DNA of 64,000 bases, from contig NC_057718.1 in the NCBI RefSeq assembly GCF_004010195.1, positions 37,881,152 through 37,945,151 on the forward strand, written 5' to 3'. This document shows positions 38,501-51,835 of the stretch, in pieces. How positions within the stretch are numbered: position 1 is the first letter of the stretch; every line of letters starts with the position of its first letter. Both the position numbers and the translations under genes were made by a program. Under the pieces are notes generated by a model, which was given only the letters and a program-made list of their open reading frames with translations, searched no databases and had not been told where the DNA came from. This stretch comes from Chiloscyllium plagiosum. Taxonomy: Eukaryota.

Positions 38501-38719
38501 ATATCTGTAAAACATTTACTGTAAAGTCCTGCCATTCATATTTTCATCAGTTACTAATTTGCTTATACACACAAAACATTATATAGACAATTTCACTCGT
38601 TATAGATCCCACTGTTCTTTGTCTGGTTTCAGAAAGGAAAATAGAAAACCCTTGAGAAAGCATCAATGATGAAAATGAATGTTTGAAAAAAAAACTAAAA
38701 TACAGAAGGTGCCTTAGCC

Positions 38720-38910
38720 TGGAGGTTGGTTCGCTCAGTTGGCTAGACTGCTGGTTTGCAATGCAGAAAGATGGCCACAGCATGGGCCCTGCACACACAA
38801 TGGTTACCACAAAAGATTCTCTTTCTCAATCTCGTCTCGCCAGAGTTCAAGTGACCCTCAGGTTAAATCACTACCAGTCGTCTTCTCTCTACTAGGTTTA
38901 TGGCGATTCC
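38720..38910 (+). mobile_element. tRNA-derived SINE, distinct family
   Basis: A-box-like tcgctcagttggctagac followed by a repeat-like body (gtgaccctcaggttaaatcactaccagtc). Confidence 0.45.
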
Positions 38911-39474
38911 CCAGACAAGAACATTGCTTGATCATGGTCAGCCTCTGGAGTGTTTGCAATGCATGTTCTTGTTGTTATGATTACAACATGAGGCAAGCAC
39001 AAGAAATTTTAAGCATTTATTTTGTTAAACCTTTTATTTTACAGAAGGTACATTATATGCATTAAAACATTGCTGTTATTGATACATTTGATACATTTTC
39101 TATCCTGTATTGTATATCAAATTTTCTGGATGGTTGGAACCCATACAATTGATTCTCCTTATAAAGTATGATGACCACTTATGAATTCAGAACTTGAGTT
39201 TTCCAACAACAATTCATGCAACAAGTAGTCTTTACAGCATACTTGATTTTTCTTGGTCTAAAATGTTAGATGAGATTAGATTAGATTTTAGATTATGTAT
39301 AGCATAAAACCAAGTAGTGAAAGCTTCTTTAAAATTGAACAGTAGATCATTTGGAAGTTAAATGATCACGCCATTATTTTGAAAAATACTGCAGAGTACC
39401 ACAATTTAAGGGTTTCAATCACAAAACATATTTAAAGCAATAATTACTCAAAATTATACATAGATTATTTTATT

Positions 39475-40850
39475 ATTTGTTCATGGGATGTGGGTGGTGC
39501 TGTTTAAGCCAACATAATTTGCCAGCCCTGATTTTCTTTGTGAAGCTGATGAGCTTCTTGAATTGCTGAAATCCTTGGGGTAAAGATACGTCGAGTGTGT
39601 TGAAGGGAGGCCCAGCAATTTGATCCATGGAACAGCAACATAGTTTAAAGTCAGGATGATATGCGACTTGGAGGAAATCGTGCAGGTGGTCATGTTCCAA
39701 TACACCTGCTGCCTTTGTCCTTCCACATGCCACAGGTTGGAAGTTTGAAAAGTGCTGTTGAAAAGAGCCATGTTGTAGTGCAACTTGCAGATGGTAACAT
39801 TGCCACCACTGCTGCCAGGGAATGAATGTTCAAAGTGCTGGCTGAGAGTTATCAGAACTGCACCTACCCAGGCAAATGAAGGCAAGTCCACAGCATTCCT
39901 GTCCTGCGCCTTGTAGATGGTAGACAGACTTTGGGGAGCCAGGTGGTGAGTTATTTGCTGCAGATTTCCTGGTCTCTGACCCACCAACGTAGCCATAATA
40001 TTTACAATCTTGATACAATTCAGCATCTGATCAATGGTAACCTCCAGGATTTTGATTGCAGGGGATTCAGTGACATCAAGGTAAAATGGTAAGAGTCTCT
40101 CTTGTTGAACATGCTCTTAATTTAGTACTTGTCTCTGTGGCATAAATATTACCTGACAATTACCAGCCCAAAATTTATCCAACCTTGTATACAGACAAAG
40201 ACTACTTCATTATCTGAAGAATCATGAATGTCACTGAAATTTTGTAATCACCAATGAACATCCCCACTCCTGATCTTATGATGGAGGGAAGATTATTCAG
40301 AGGAGCCAAAAATGGTTGGGCTGACAATGCTACTCTGAGAAACTCGGGGACTGAGATGATTGACCACCAATAACCACAACTATACTCTTTTGTGCTGGGT
40401 ATGGCTTCAGCCAGCAAAATATTTTGCCTAATTCCCATTGATCTTAGTTAGTTAGGTTTCCTTGAAGCCGTAATCAGTCAAATGGCATCATGTTGTTTCA
40501 GGTAGTCACTCCTGCCTCACCTCAAATCAGGTCTTTGGACCAAGGTTATAACGAGGTCAGGAACTGAGTGGCGCATGCGGAACCAATACTAGGAACTAAT
40601 GAGCTGGTTACAGCTGATTAAATGCTACTTGATAGTGCTGTCAACCTCAACCTAACCGTTCTGTCATTTTGCTGATGATCCAGAATAACCTGACTGGGTG
40701 GTTATTAGTTTAGTTAGATCTGTCCCACTTTCTGCAGATAGGTCTTACCTGGGAAATTTTCCACATTAACAGTAGAAGCCAGTGTTGCAACTATAAAGGA
40801 ATAGGAGGGCAGCTAGATCGGTCTTCAGCACTGCTGTTGAAATGTTGTCA
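39475..40850 (-). mobile_element. LINE RT fragment with 3' tail
   Basis: Peptide LAPQSLSTIYKAQ, ALSAQPF/INDLP-like region (LNNLPSIIRS), and tail matching 61640-61695. Confidence 0.7.
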
Positions 40851-42199
40851 GGACGTGGCTAAGATTTGCTTAATTGTTGGCAATGTTAGGCTGTACTCTC
40901 AAATAATGAATCCAACAGTTCAGGTCAAAAAAAAATATTAATTGTGGATTCAACAGTAACAGATCAATTATTTCAAACAAGCTAAACTATTTTTCGAAGT
41001 GATTCTGACCTATAACATTGAATACCTTCAATATATGGTTCAGACATCCCCAGTCATATTCCTAATGTTTCTTCAGCATGAACAGTACGTCAATTCCAAT
41101 CATTAAACCAAAAGCCATTATTTATAATCAATAACCCCCACCTTCATCAACTTAATTGCAGTCAATCTTTGATGTCCTTTCCATTCTAGTTGTTCAAGTT
41201 TTCTTTATATTGTTTCAAGTCCAGTGGTACATGCTACATTGAATATGGTTTAGAACATCAAGCCAGTCACATACCCAATTTGTTCCCACATTTTCTTGCT
41301 CTATTTGCTCAGTCACTGAACTAATTCTGTTCCCAAGACCCAGCACCTTCTACGCTGACCCAATTCCCAACAAACCTGCATCTCTTTCCACTCTTGCAGT
41401 TTCATCTAGTAAATCTCCAAGAACCTGTGTTTTTGTCACCTACACCCTGAGCAACATCCATACAGATAGAGGAGTTAGCTTCCACAGGTAAGTTAGCACA
41501 CCCCGTTCTGATTTTCCACCATCTATGTTGACTCATCCACTGCCTTGAAGTTGACCCCTCACTTGTTCAGATTTGGACAAGCCACAATTTCCTCCAGTGA
41601 AGTATCAGGAAGACTGACGATTTTGCCCTCAGCCATTGTCAATGATTAAATCAGACTATTCAGAATCGTGGCAGAATATTCAACCCAGACTTCAGGTTTC
41701 AATGCCAATTATCCATTTCTTATCATCCCTCATCTGTTGGGAAAACTATCCCCCATGCCTATATTGTCTCCAAAGAAATCTAACAGTGCATAACATTGTG
41801 GGAATTCAGGTGTATATTTATTATCAAAAATCAAGCTTGTGGCAAAAAGGAACACAACTGGCTATGAGAAGAAACATTATCACAGTCGAACACAATCAAA
41901 CTTCTCTGACTGAAAACCAACAAGTGATATTAGTGCACAGGTCTTCTTTGCCCAACATTAAATACCAAATGCTCACATTCAAACTACCACTATTCACATT
42001 GCTCATTTTTTCTGTAGCACTGAAAACTGCCACTCCCCCCTTTTTAAATCAGCATAATAATCTCATAGTAAACAATTTTAGTCTCAGCGACACTTCTTCA
42101 TTTGAATAATGCCAATGCCTGAAACACTCCTCCATTGGAACCAACACAAAGCTCTCCATAAGTTCTCCTTCTCTGATGAAAACAATATTGGCCAACTTT

Positions 42200-43435
42200 A
42201 AGACTACAAGACGGAGGAGCAGAAAGGAGTCATTTAACCCATTGAGTCTGCTCTACCATTCAATTAAATCATGTTTGATATAATAATCAATTCCACCTTT
42301 CCTGCCCTTTCCCCCAACCATTGATTCCATTCCTGATTAAAAAATGTCTCAGACTTGAATATATGTAAAGGCCCAGCCTTGAAAGCCCTCTGCAGTAAAG
42401 GATTCCATAGATTCACTACCCCAAGAGAAGAAATTGCTCAGTCTTAAATGAAACCTCTTATTCTGAGGTTATGTCCTAGACACTCCCGCAAGAGGAACAA
42501 CCTTTCTGTATTTACCCTGTCAAGTCCCCAAGAATCCTCGATGTTTCAAGAAGATTGTCTGTGATTCTTCTAAATTTCAATGAATACAATGCTATCCTTT
42601 TCAGCATCTCCTGATAAGACAGTCCCTCCACAACCGAGTGAACCTTCTCTGGACTGCCTCCAACACTAGTACATTTTTCCAGCGATAAAGTGACCAAAAT
42701 AGTTCAGAGTATTCTTGCTATGATCTGACTAGAGTCTTAAATGGCATTAACAAAACCCCTCCACCTTTATATCCCATTCCATTTGCAATAAAGGCCAACA
42801 TTCTATTTGCCTTCCCTACTAACCACTGAACTTGGACTCTAGACTTTGTGATTCATGAATGAGGTCTCTCAAAGCTCTATTCTGTAGTTTTCTGCAGTCT
42901 TTCTCTATTTAAATAATATTCAGCACCTTTATGCTTCCTGCCAAAGGGCATAATCTCATTTTCTCACATCATAATCAAACTGCAAAATTTTTGTTTTCAG
43001 ACTCTGTAATCCTCACCACTTACCATCCCACTCATTTTTAGATCATCCACAAATACAGCAATAGCACATTGACTTCCTTCATACAAGTCATTTTTAAACA
43101 TTGTAAATAATTATGGCCCCAGCACTGATCCCTGGGGCACTCCAATAGTTACAGGATGCCATCCTGAAAAAGTCCCCCTTATCCCAAATCTTTCTGTTAG
43201 TTAGCCTATTTATCCATGCTTTCTTCAACACCATGGTATCTTCTCTTATTAAGTAGCCTAATGTATGGTATCTATCAAACACCTCCTGAAAATCTAAATA
43301 TATTACGTCTACTACTTCCTCTTTGTCTATCCTGCTTGACACAGTCTCAAAGAATCCTAGTAAATTTGTCTGGCATAATTTACTCTTCACAAAGCCATGC
43401 TGACTCTGTTTCATCAAATTATGTATTTTAAATGC
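42200..43435 (-). mobile_element. CR1-type LINE, 5'-truncated, decayed
   Basis: Peptide QSQHGFVKSKLCQTNLLGFFE...VDVIYLDFQ, a VPQGSVLGP-like stretch (gtgccccagggatcagtgctggggcc) and a CR1 tail. Confidence 0.85.
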
Positions 43436-43493
43436 TCTACCATGATATTCATTGCTTCAAGCAAACTTTGCCACTAATTCCTGCCCAGAACAT

Positions 43494-43717
43494 CATTTAT
43501 TTTGAATCTTGAGATTCTTTTTTTTTACATATAGTACATAGTACCAATTATACATGAATTCAACATATATTAACAGCCCATTTATTACAAGTATTCTCTC
43601 AAATACCGAAAGTATTCCTATTTTATAAACATTTCTACAGTGAATGTAAATACATGCTAAATGGTTCATGACAGGAGATTGCACAATACAAGTGAATATG
43701 GTTAATTTAAGGTATTA
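43494..43717. repeat. Direct duplicate (copy 1) of 44923-45148
   Basis: 224 bp identical by eye to copy 2 except for a T9 versus T11 run. Confidence 0.95.
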
Positions 43718-44922
43718 TGCACTTATGTTGCCTACGTCTATGTTCTGATTGAAAACATTAACTCTATTTCTTTCTCCTCAGATGCTGTGTTTTGGTTTTT
43801 TTTGCCTACTCAGTGGCAGCCTTTTGATTCACATTCAGCAGTGACTTATCTGGGGAACTGCAGCCAGTGCAGAGTGTCAAGCTTCTGGAAAAATATGAAC
43901 ATTAAAGGTTAAATATATAAAATCATGTGCAAAGGTGGCTTGCATTCCTTTGACTTACAAAATTGTGTGTGTATATCTATGTAAGGGGTGTGTTAATCAC
44001 AGGGCTTAAAATGAATAAAGGATTCCATACTGTAGATGGAGAAGTTTTTCCTTTGGTGAGGAAATTTGGAACAATTAAACAATCTTAACACTCGAGTTGG
44101 TTATTTGGGAATTGAATTGGTAATTATGTTTTCCACAGAAAACCTGATAGAAACCTAGAAATCCCTCAAGCAAAACACTGTGGATACCAGATCTGAATTT
44201 TTGGTTAAGGAGATCAAGAGATTATGGTAAATTACAATTCTATACAGATCAGCCACAAATAAATTGAATCTTCACAAAGACTTTACAGCCTGAATGACCT
44301 ATTCCTGAACCTATATAGTTAGAATGATACCCCAATAGTACAATATAGTATACTCAACCTCAGGGAATCCAATTACTTATAATAACATTTGCAAACTATG
44401 GGTCAGTACAATGTGAATGAATCAGATGCCACATGATCAAACCTCCACATTCATGTCAAATAAAAGTTGGAAATTCTACTGCCATATGATGGGAAGGAAA
44501 CCAGGGTGATCAGCTATCTGATTTTCTAAATGGCAAATAACCTGGTGTCTCCTCAGTAAGTTGGCTGGAAATAAAAGTGAAGTCAGGAGCTGCAGATGTA
44601 AAGCTATATCCTACCATAAACGCAACCCCTACAGTACCTAATTTGAATTGCCACAGCCAACAGTTGAATATCAGGACTAAATATCACCGAATTTCCACAC
44701 ATGTATATAATACACAAGATGTTTAATACATAGACCAACAATGGGATCCACTGGTCTGATTTTCCTGACAGCCTTGATAAATCAGAGGAAATTAACATAA
44801 TTTGAATAATCTAAAATAGACTGAAAGATTCTCTGAAAAAAATCAATAACCTTTTATGATAAATACATATTTAATATGAAATGCATTATGAAGGAGGAAC
44901 AAAAACCTTTCAACACCGAAAG

Positions 44923-45148
44923 CATTTATTTTGAATCTTGAGATTCTTTTTTTTTTTACATATAGTACATAGTACCAATTATACATGAATTCAACATATA
45001 TTAACAGCCCATTTATTACAAGTATTCTCTCAAATACCGAAAGTATTCCTATTTTATAAACATTTCTACAGTGAATGTAAATACATGCTAAATGGTTCAT
45101 GACAGGAGATTGCACAATACAAGTGAATATGGTTAATTTAAGGTATTA
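44923..45148. repeat. Direct duplicate (copy 2), containing the probable UBR2 poly(A) signal
   Basis: tttatt at 44925-44930 is AATAAA on the minus strand, at the end of a repeat-poor stretch of about 3.6 kb after the UBR2 stop. Confidence 0.85.
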
Positions 45149-48100
45149 ATAGGATAAGGAAAAGAAAAGAAGTGGGTGTGCTCTTTTTTCAACAATACAT
45201 AGGTTAGCTTCAAACTAAAGATAGACTTCTCTCAGCTTTATCAGATTTTCATCTATATTTATAACAAGGTCAACCAACAATGGGAAAACAGAAGTGTTAT
45301 TTTCACAGCAAACTATTTTAGTTGAATGGAAACAAAATTATCTGGAAGACCAAATATATGCTAATGTTATATCCAAATTACAGCACCTGCGTATTTTCAG
45401 GTTTATTCAAGCATTAAAAAGTCTTCCTGCATTGACTCTATGTAAAATAGAAAATCTCTAAAAATGGACCTTCCATTTTTGAAAGATATAGTAATGCATG
45501 AGATTGCATCTACTACTTTTATCAATACACAAGTGTAATTTATCTACTTCATATGCCAGTGGCATGAGGTCTGTTAAACAGATTCTGTGGTGGCCTACTG
45601 TTTACATGGAAATAGTATTAATCTTTGTTTGTTGATCTTAATAAGGTAGTCACAAAGGAACAATGGGTTTCAAGTAGCATCAAAATCTTTTCCAACAAGA
45701 GAATATATTTTAAGTAGTATTGAAGAACAATAAAGTTGAAGCGTTACTGGAACAGATATATTACTAGAGAATGAAATGGCATTATGATCCACTAAAAGCT
45801 TGAACCTATTTTAGAAAAACATAAAAGATGTATTAAGTTTATATGGTGCCTCTTAAGATTTTAATACACTACTGGATTTCAAGTATTGCATATATAAAAT
45901 TTAGTAAAATGTGCATAAAAACTTTGACTGATAAGTAATATGCATCTCACATTAAGGAAAAACAAAAACAACTACCTTCAAAGATCAATGTAGAACAAGA
46001 CAAGAAAGTGCAGTATTAGTTGACTGAAAATCAATGAATATCACTGGAAGATATAGAGTTGATTCACCTATTTTCACCAACTTGGAGGCCATTAAAAAAT
46101 AAATGACAGATGTCCTCCTATTCAATTCTAACTATGAAGACATAAGCCTCAAGACATGAAGGAAATAACCCACAGGAGTGGTTCTTGAATTCAGCAGATT
46201 GAGATTTAAGCAAAGACGGGAATAAATTAACTGAGAGGGAATACAAGATTACAGGTATTGAATGGATAACTCCAGGACACTATTTTAAACTAAACCACAG
46301 CAGTTAGATGCTCAAAGGAATAAAAAGCAATTTAACTGACATAACTGAATGGATTATTAGTTAGGGTTGCAAATGTGTGAAATTCATCTGAAAAACTACA
46401 GAAGCTGTCATGTCAGTACAGTAGGATTGCTCTGGATGGATGAACTAAATGGCTTTCCTTGTACATATCAACCTTCTGAAATAACCAGAATTGTGAAGAA
46501 CTAGAACCAGTATTTAGCAACAAAAGTTGAACTCACATGTCAAACAGTAAAGAATTAAACAACTTCCCTGGCAGACATATTTGGAAAGCTATGTTCTCAG
46601 GATTAAATTTTCAGGTTCTGACAAATTTATCAACAAAGTTAGCTAAAAAGCCACAAATTTTATGTTGTTATTTTCCTTGATCTTCATTCATCAATGCAAG
46701 ATCCAATTATTATGTTTAGTGTTACAAGTCCAAATCCAGAACTTATTTTTTTTAGATTATTTAATTTTGGATGGCAAAAACAGCATTATTGAAAATAATT
46801 AGCCATATGTTTTGTGCTGAAGATTTCCATCATATCTTCAGCAGCTGCCTTTTAAAGAAACAGAATTAGTTATTTCCCCTTTGTTTAAATTGTCCATCTC
46901 AGGATGAAATACTGATGAAATGCATGAAAATTCAGAAAAAATATTGTAGCACAAGCAATCCAATATAATGGCTTTACTACTTCACCCTGAAGCAGGAGGA
47001 TGTTTGTCAGATTTCTCACTTCCCCCAGAAAATTCAAAGTAACAATGCACATGAAGATCATATTGGTTCTGATAAATTTAGTCACATTTTGAGCAACAAT
47101 TTTAACTGTCTACAACTCATTTGTAAGTGTCAAATGATGTGTTTGCACATTTAAACCTTATGCTGGAGCTGTTAACAGGAAAAGACTCTATTGAAGGCAA
47201 ACGTAGTCACAAATATGTTGCTCATGTTCATACGCAAAATTAGTTTTAAATCAAATGAGTCTACCCATACAAATTAAGAATTCACAACATAAACAAGAAC
47301 TGAATCCAATCCATATTTGACCATATTCTATGAAGTTGTCAAAGTTGTAACACAACTAATTCATTTTACTACATCATCAACAAAACAAAAAGGTATAATG
47401 AATTTGGATAATTATGGAGCAAAATCCTCCAAGATGCTGTGCAGACTATCTTACCTAAAATATGCATTTAATCATACTTATTTCATTTTGTTTCAGAGAC
47501 ATTTCTTTACTAGCTTCTACAAAGCATTGTATATTGCCTGAATAATTTACGCTTGAAACAATCCATGATCAACTCCAGCCAAAAACAACAGTTTTGCAAG
47601 GTACATGTTAACAAGCAGGTTCTGACTAAAGTCTGAATTGAATATCTGATAAAATAATGCTCCAGATAAGCAAAGACAAGAAAATTAAAACTAGAAGCAT
47701 TTCCTCTTTGCTCACTATCATTCCTATTAAAAGTATATCTCAAGAAACCTCTAGTTAATTCTTGCAATTTAAAAAAAACACTAAGTTAACTGTCCTGATT
47801 ACAGCCACTGCTTGCATACGACTTCTTTAAAAAATAAATTCATAGTAAACTGCACATTATAAAATAGCTTTATATATCCTTTAAACACATTTTACAATAT
47901 ATTTTTTGTAACACACAAATAGTAAGATCTTTAACACAAGTAGAACAGTGGCAAACTGCTCTTTTAGTCAAGGAAATCCTTTCTTATTCTAGTGACCACT
48001 GTATTCAAAGTTTGATTAGTTGACTGAAACCAGATGCACACCTTAAGAAAGCACATTCACAAATCGGTGTAAAGTGAGTAAACTACTATGGAATCAAGAC

Positions 48101-48569
48101 AGAGAGGGAAAGCAAAAAAAGAGAGTTTCCAATTGAAGGCTGGCAATCTTTTCCAATTTGACCCAAAATTGTTCATGAGACATCACTAACTATAGAGCAC
48201 AGAAACACACTTTGGATGTCTATATTGCATTACTCCAACACCTGATAAATAATTATGATTAAAAAACAGCGGCTTTGAAGATGTGGGTTTTATTATCCCA
48301 AAACGTTCCATCGTTGTGGAGAAAATTTCAAGTGCAAATAAAGTGAATGACATGTCTTTAAAATACGCACTTCACATGCAATCCACATTTTCATAATGAC
48401 AGGTGAATAGATATGTAGCCTTTCTCAAAATCACTGTAATTCTGAAATAAGTGTTTCAAAATGGGTGGCCTGAGGTGTATTTCATTAAACCTGATCCTCT
48501 GACTTCTGGCAAGAGGACTTTTTTTTGCTTCAGGATGTGCCGAGTGCCTACAGTTCTATTAGAAATTAA

Positions 48570-48711
48570 TCACAAGTGCTGCCAGTCGATGCCAACTAGT
48601 GTCTGATTTGCTTCTTGTGCATGACCAATCTCCTCTGTGATGCTATGTTGCTGCCACAGTTTCTGCAGCTTCCTGTACCGCTCTTTGCAGAGATGAAGGG
48701 GATTCCCTCGT
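48570..48711 (-). CDS. UBR2: UBR2 last coding exon (142 nt)
   Basis: Acceptor ttttttcag|. Encodes (R)[46 protein letters not shown], the recognisable UBR2 C-terminus. Confidence 0.96.
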
Positions 48712-49197
48712 CTGAAAAAAGCAATTCAAGTAAGATTACCATTATCAAGTATTTATTATTATATATTCACCTCCTTCACCTCAAGAAAAAAATATATAGT
48801 GCTCAAGAGATAAGCAGTTAGTCAACAGTATCTGGTATTCACTGAGGGATAAACAAATTCATTCACGTTGAAGCTAGTGTAGATGAAAAGTAGATTAATA
48901 ACTATTTGACAAATTATTATTCCAGCCAATTAGTTAAAATTTGATGACTTGTACGATTGCAGAAATTCACAAAGTAGGGCCACATGTATCAAAAATATTC
49001 TTTTTTGGCATCATGATCAGGAAACAGGTGACCTAAACAGAATAAATCATACAGAATAACATCGAAACAAAAGACTACATGACAAATGTATGCAGGGAAC
49101 TTTTGGAATATTTATTTTAAAACAATCTGAACTTATGCATGTTCTTTCACTAAAATGTGCAGCTCACATCTGTATCAAAAATGTTTTAACTTTTTAC

Positions 49198-49299
49198 CTC
49201 AATCCCTGATCTGTCTCTCCATAATCATCAAGATAGGGTGGTGGATAAAAACACCCTTTCGTCTTTCCAGCCAGGAACAAAATCTGGCTTTCTCGAACT
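49198..49299 (-). CDS. UBR2: UBR2 coding exon (102 nt)
   Basis: VRESQILFLAGKTKGCFYPPPYLDDYGETDQGL; AG/GT boundaries, phase 2-2. Confidence 0.96.
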
Positions 49300-49636
49300 C
49301 TGAAAATGCACAACAACCATAACAATGTAAAAACTATATGCAATTTAGTTTATCTTTACAACGCACTGAATTTGGGGACAAATTCTTCTCTCCTCTATTA
49401 ATAAAGATTCAAGTCATCAGATATTCTTATAATTTAGCTCTCTGACCAAAGATGAGTGAAACGTTGCCTTTCGGAATGCTAGAGTTGAATGCTAGGATTT
49501 CAGTGCTTCAATTCTGAGTTACTGCCATATCATGATTACAATGATTCATGCTTCGACATGATTATTACTTGTGGAACTGGTGAAGATGGAAGTGTCTCTA
49601 AGAGATTACAACAATAAGATTAAGGTTTTAACTCAC

Positions 49637-49807
49637 CGCAGAAAAATTCCGACTCCACAACCACAAGTGTAGGTATGAGCAGTACAAGCCCCAACATCTT
49701 CTCCTTCCAGTTCTGTCTGACAGCAGTAGCTCTGAGAACACAACATGCCCCCACAGACCAAGCAGAGTGTTGGTGCCCGACTTTTATCCCCACCTGATTT
49801 TGGACAT
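49637..49807 (-). CDS. UBR2: UBR2 coding exon (171 nt)
   Basis: CPKSGGDKSRAPTLCLVCGGMLCSQSYCCQTELEGEDVGACTAHTYTCGCGVGIFL; donor GTGAGT. Confidence 0.96.
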
Positions 49808-50759
49808 CTATTTCAAATTGTAAAGATAGTAGTAAATTTCAGCACAGGTGTCAATCACAAGTATAAACTGATGAAATTCACTTCTTGAAACTTTGATGGG
49901 AAAGAATATGAAATGTTATTTTCCTGTAGGATTAGGAGCTGTCTGCTATTTCAACCTCATTTTATGTTGAACTTGTATATTATCAATCTTATTTGGTATA
50001 GGTTTCCACAGTATAGCTATTAGAGGGTTAAGTCTAAAACTATGTGACGGGCTAATGAAATTGTATATGCATCACTTCCTGTGATGATAATGTCACACTA
50101 CTTTGCTGTCTCTTGCAACTCAGAGGGAGATGAAGCCAGACTTAAGATACTTAAAAACTTTAAGCCTAGAAATTCCGAACAGAGTTAGAAACACCATTCT
50201 CAAGAGTGATTAGATAAATTTTCCTGGGCAGAGGCCTCCGTTTAGGAACTGAACCAGGAATCCTCAAATCCAGCAGTGGAGAACGTTATTGCAGAAACCA
50301 CTCTCTCTTTTACACACTGAGTGCAGTACTCTTCAGAGTAAATGTCAAGCAGATGCTGACAGCTACAGTGAATGGGCATGTACATAATGTAAGTGAAGGG
50401 GTTAGGGTGGTAAGCTGGTGAGAGGTTAGAAAGGCAGGGGAGTACTGTGCAAAGAATCTGGGTCAGTCATGGAGTATGGTCCAGCAAAAGGATGCATATA
50501 GACTTGGGTGACAAAGAATGTTGGGGTCACTGCAAGGGATATGGGGCGGTAGGTATTCATTATACAGCCAGAAGTGCTAAGATCTATTTTGGCTCCTGCT
50601 TGAAGTCCCCAACATCACATAATATCAAAAAATAGTTGAATCTACTGGATACTACAAAGACGATGGACTTAGACAACAAATCCACAATTGTATGGCAGAG
50701 GGGTGACCCATAACACGCCATGTCACAAGTCACGATGTCTTAGTGCTGCTACAACAATG

Positions 50760-51450
50760 CCATCTAGCTGATATTGCAGAAAATTCTCCAGCTATATGCA
50801 GTGCATAAAATGCAGGTTAAATCTAACATGGCTTTTTTTGCCACATTAGTCTACTCTCTATCATTAGCAAAGTTTTGGAGAAGTGCTATCAAGCAGCACT
50901 TACAAAAGAACAACCTACTCATTAATACTCAGTTGCATTCCAGTTTCTGACCTCATTATAGACTTTGTCCAAAAATAGTTAAAGAGCTCAACTTCAGAGG
51001 TGAAGTCAGGCTGATTGCCCTTCATACTGAGGCAACATTTGACCATCATTTAAGCAAAATTGTAGTCAATGGTGATCAGAGCAAAATCTTTGCTGGCTGT
51101 CATCATACCTAACATAAAATGTTATGGGTTGAAGGTCAACCATCTTAGTCCAATGACATTACTGCAGTAGTTGTACAGGATAGTGTCCTGGGTCCAACCA
51201 TTTTCCTGTTTCCTTCATGACCATCCCCTATTATCAAGTCAAAGGTAGGGATGCTCAATGCTGAATGTACAATGTACAGCACTACTCACAACTCAGCAGG
51301 TACTAAAGCAGTTCATTTCTAAGTGCAGGAAGATCTGGAGAACATCCAGACTTGCAATGATAAGTGGCAAGTAACACTTTTGCCTCACAAATACCAGGCA
51401 ATGACCATCTCCAACAAGACAGAAGCCTTGACATTCAATGACATTATCCC
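50760..51450 (+). mobile_element. LINE RT fragment in UBR2 intron
   Basis: caggatagtgtcctgggtccaacc (QGSVLGP-like) and peptide MQEDLENIQT...WQVT. Confidence 0.65.
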
Positions 51451-51743
51451 CCAATCTCTTCGTCCCAGATACTATCATCTATTATGGTCTGAAATAATCC
51501 CTTAGATCTAATGGAATGAGGAAACAGGTGATGGATATATAAATAAATTCATTGGATTAGAATTGGTTGCATGAATATGGGAGCGAGTATTTGGTGATGG
51601 GTGTTTTATGGAGCATGGCCATCTGAAATAAAATTCTCAAACATTGTTTAAAAATTCTCACATATTGTTTAAGTGCAGTCCTCTTTCTGAGTATAACACT
51701 GGAAATTAGAATTACCAGAATCTGAGCTAGACTAATTATCTAA

Positions 51744-51835
51744 GAAGCTGAAAATGTGTTGCTGGAAAAGCGCAGCAGGTCAGGCAGCATCCAAGGAACA
51801 GGAGAATCGACATTTCGAGCATAAGCCCTTCTTCA
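51744..51835 (-). mobile_element. Short PLE terminal-repeat fragment with truncated hammerhead
   Basis: Near-identical to 20540-20625. Minus strand reads gTGAAGA A GGGC TTAT GCTC GAAA TGTC, lacking the first core C. Confidence 0.7.

Noticed and set aside
41636..42109. 157-aa plus-strand ORF
   Set aside because: Non-ATG start, no recognisable domain, no splice context, and it lies among decayed repeats.
43493..45115. Two ORFs with identical N-termini (MQSPVMNHLAC...)
   Set aside because: A by-product of the 224-bp duplication in AT-rich UTR-like DNA; no coding evidence.
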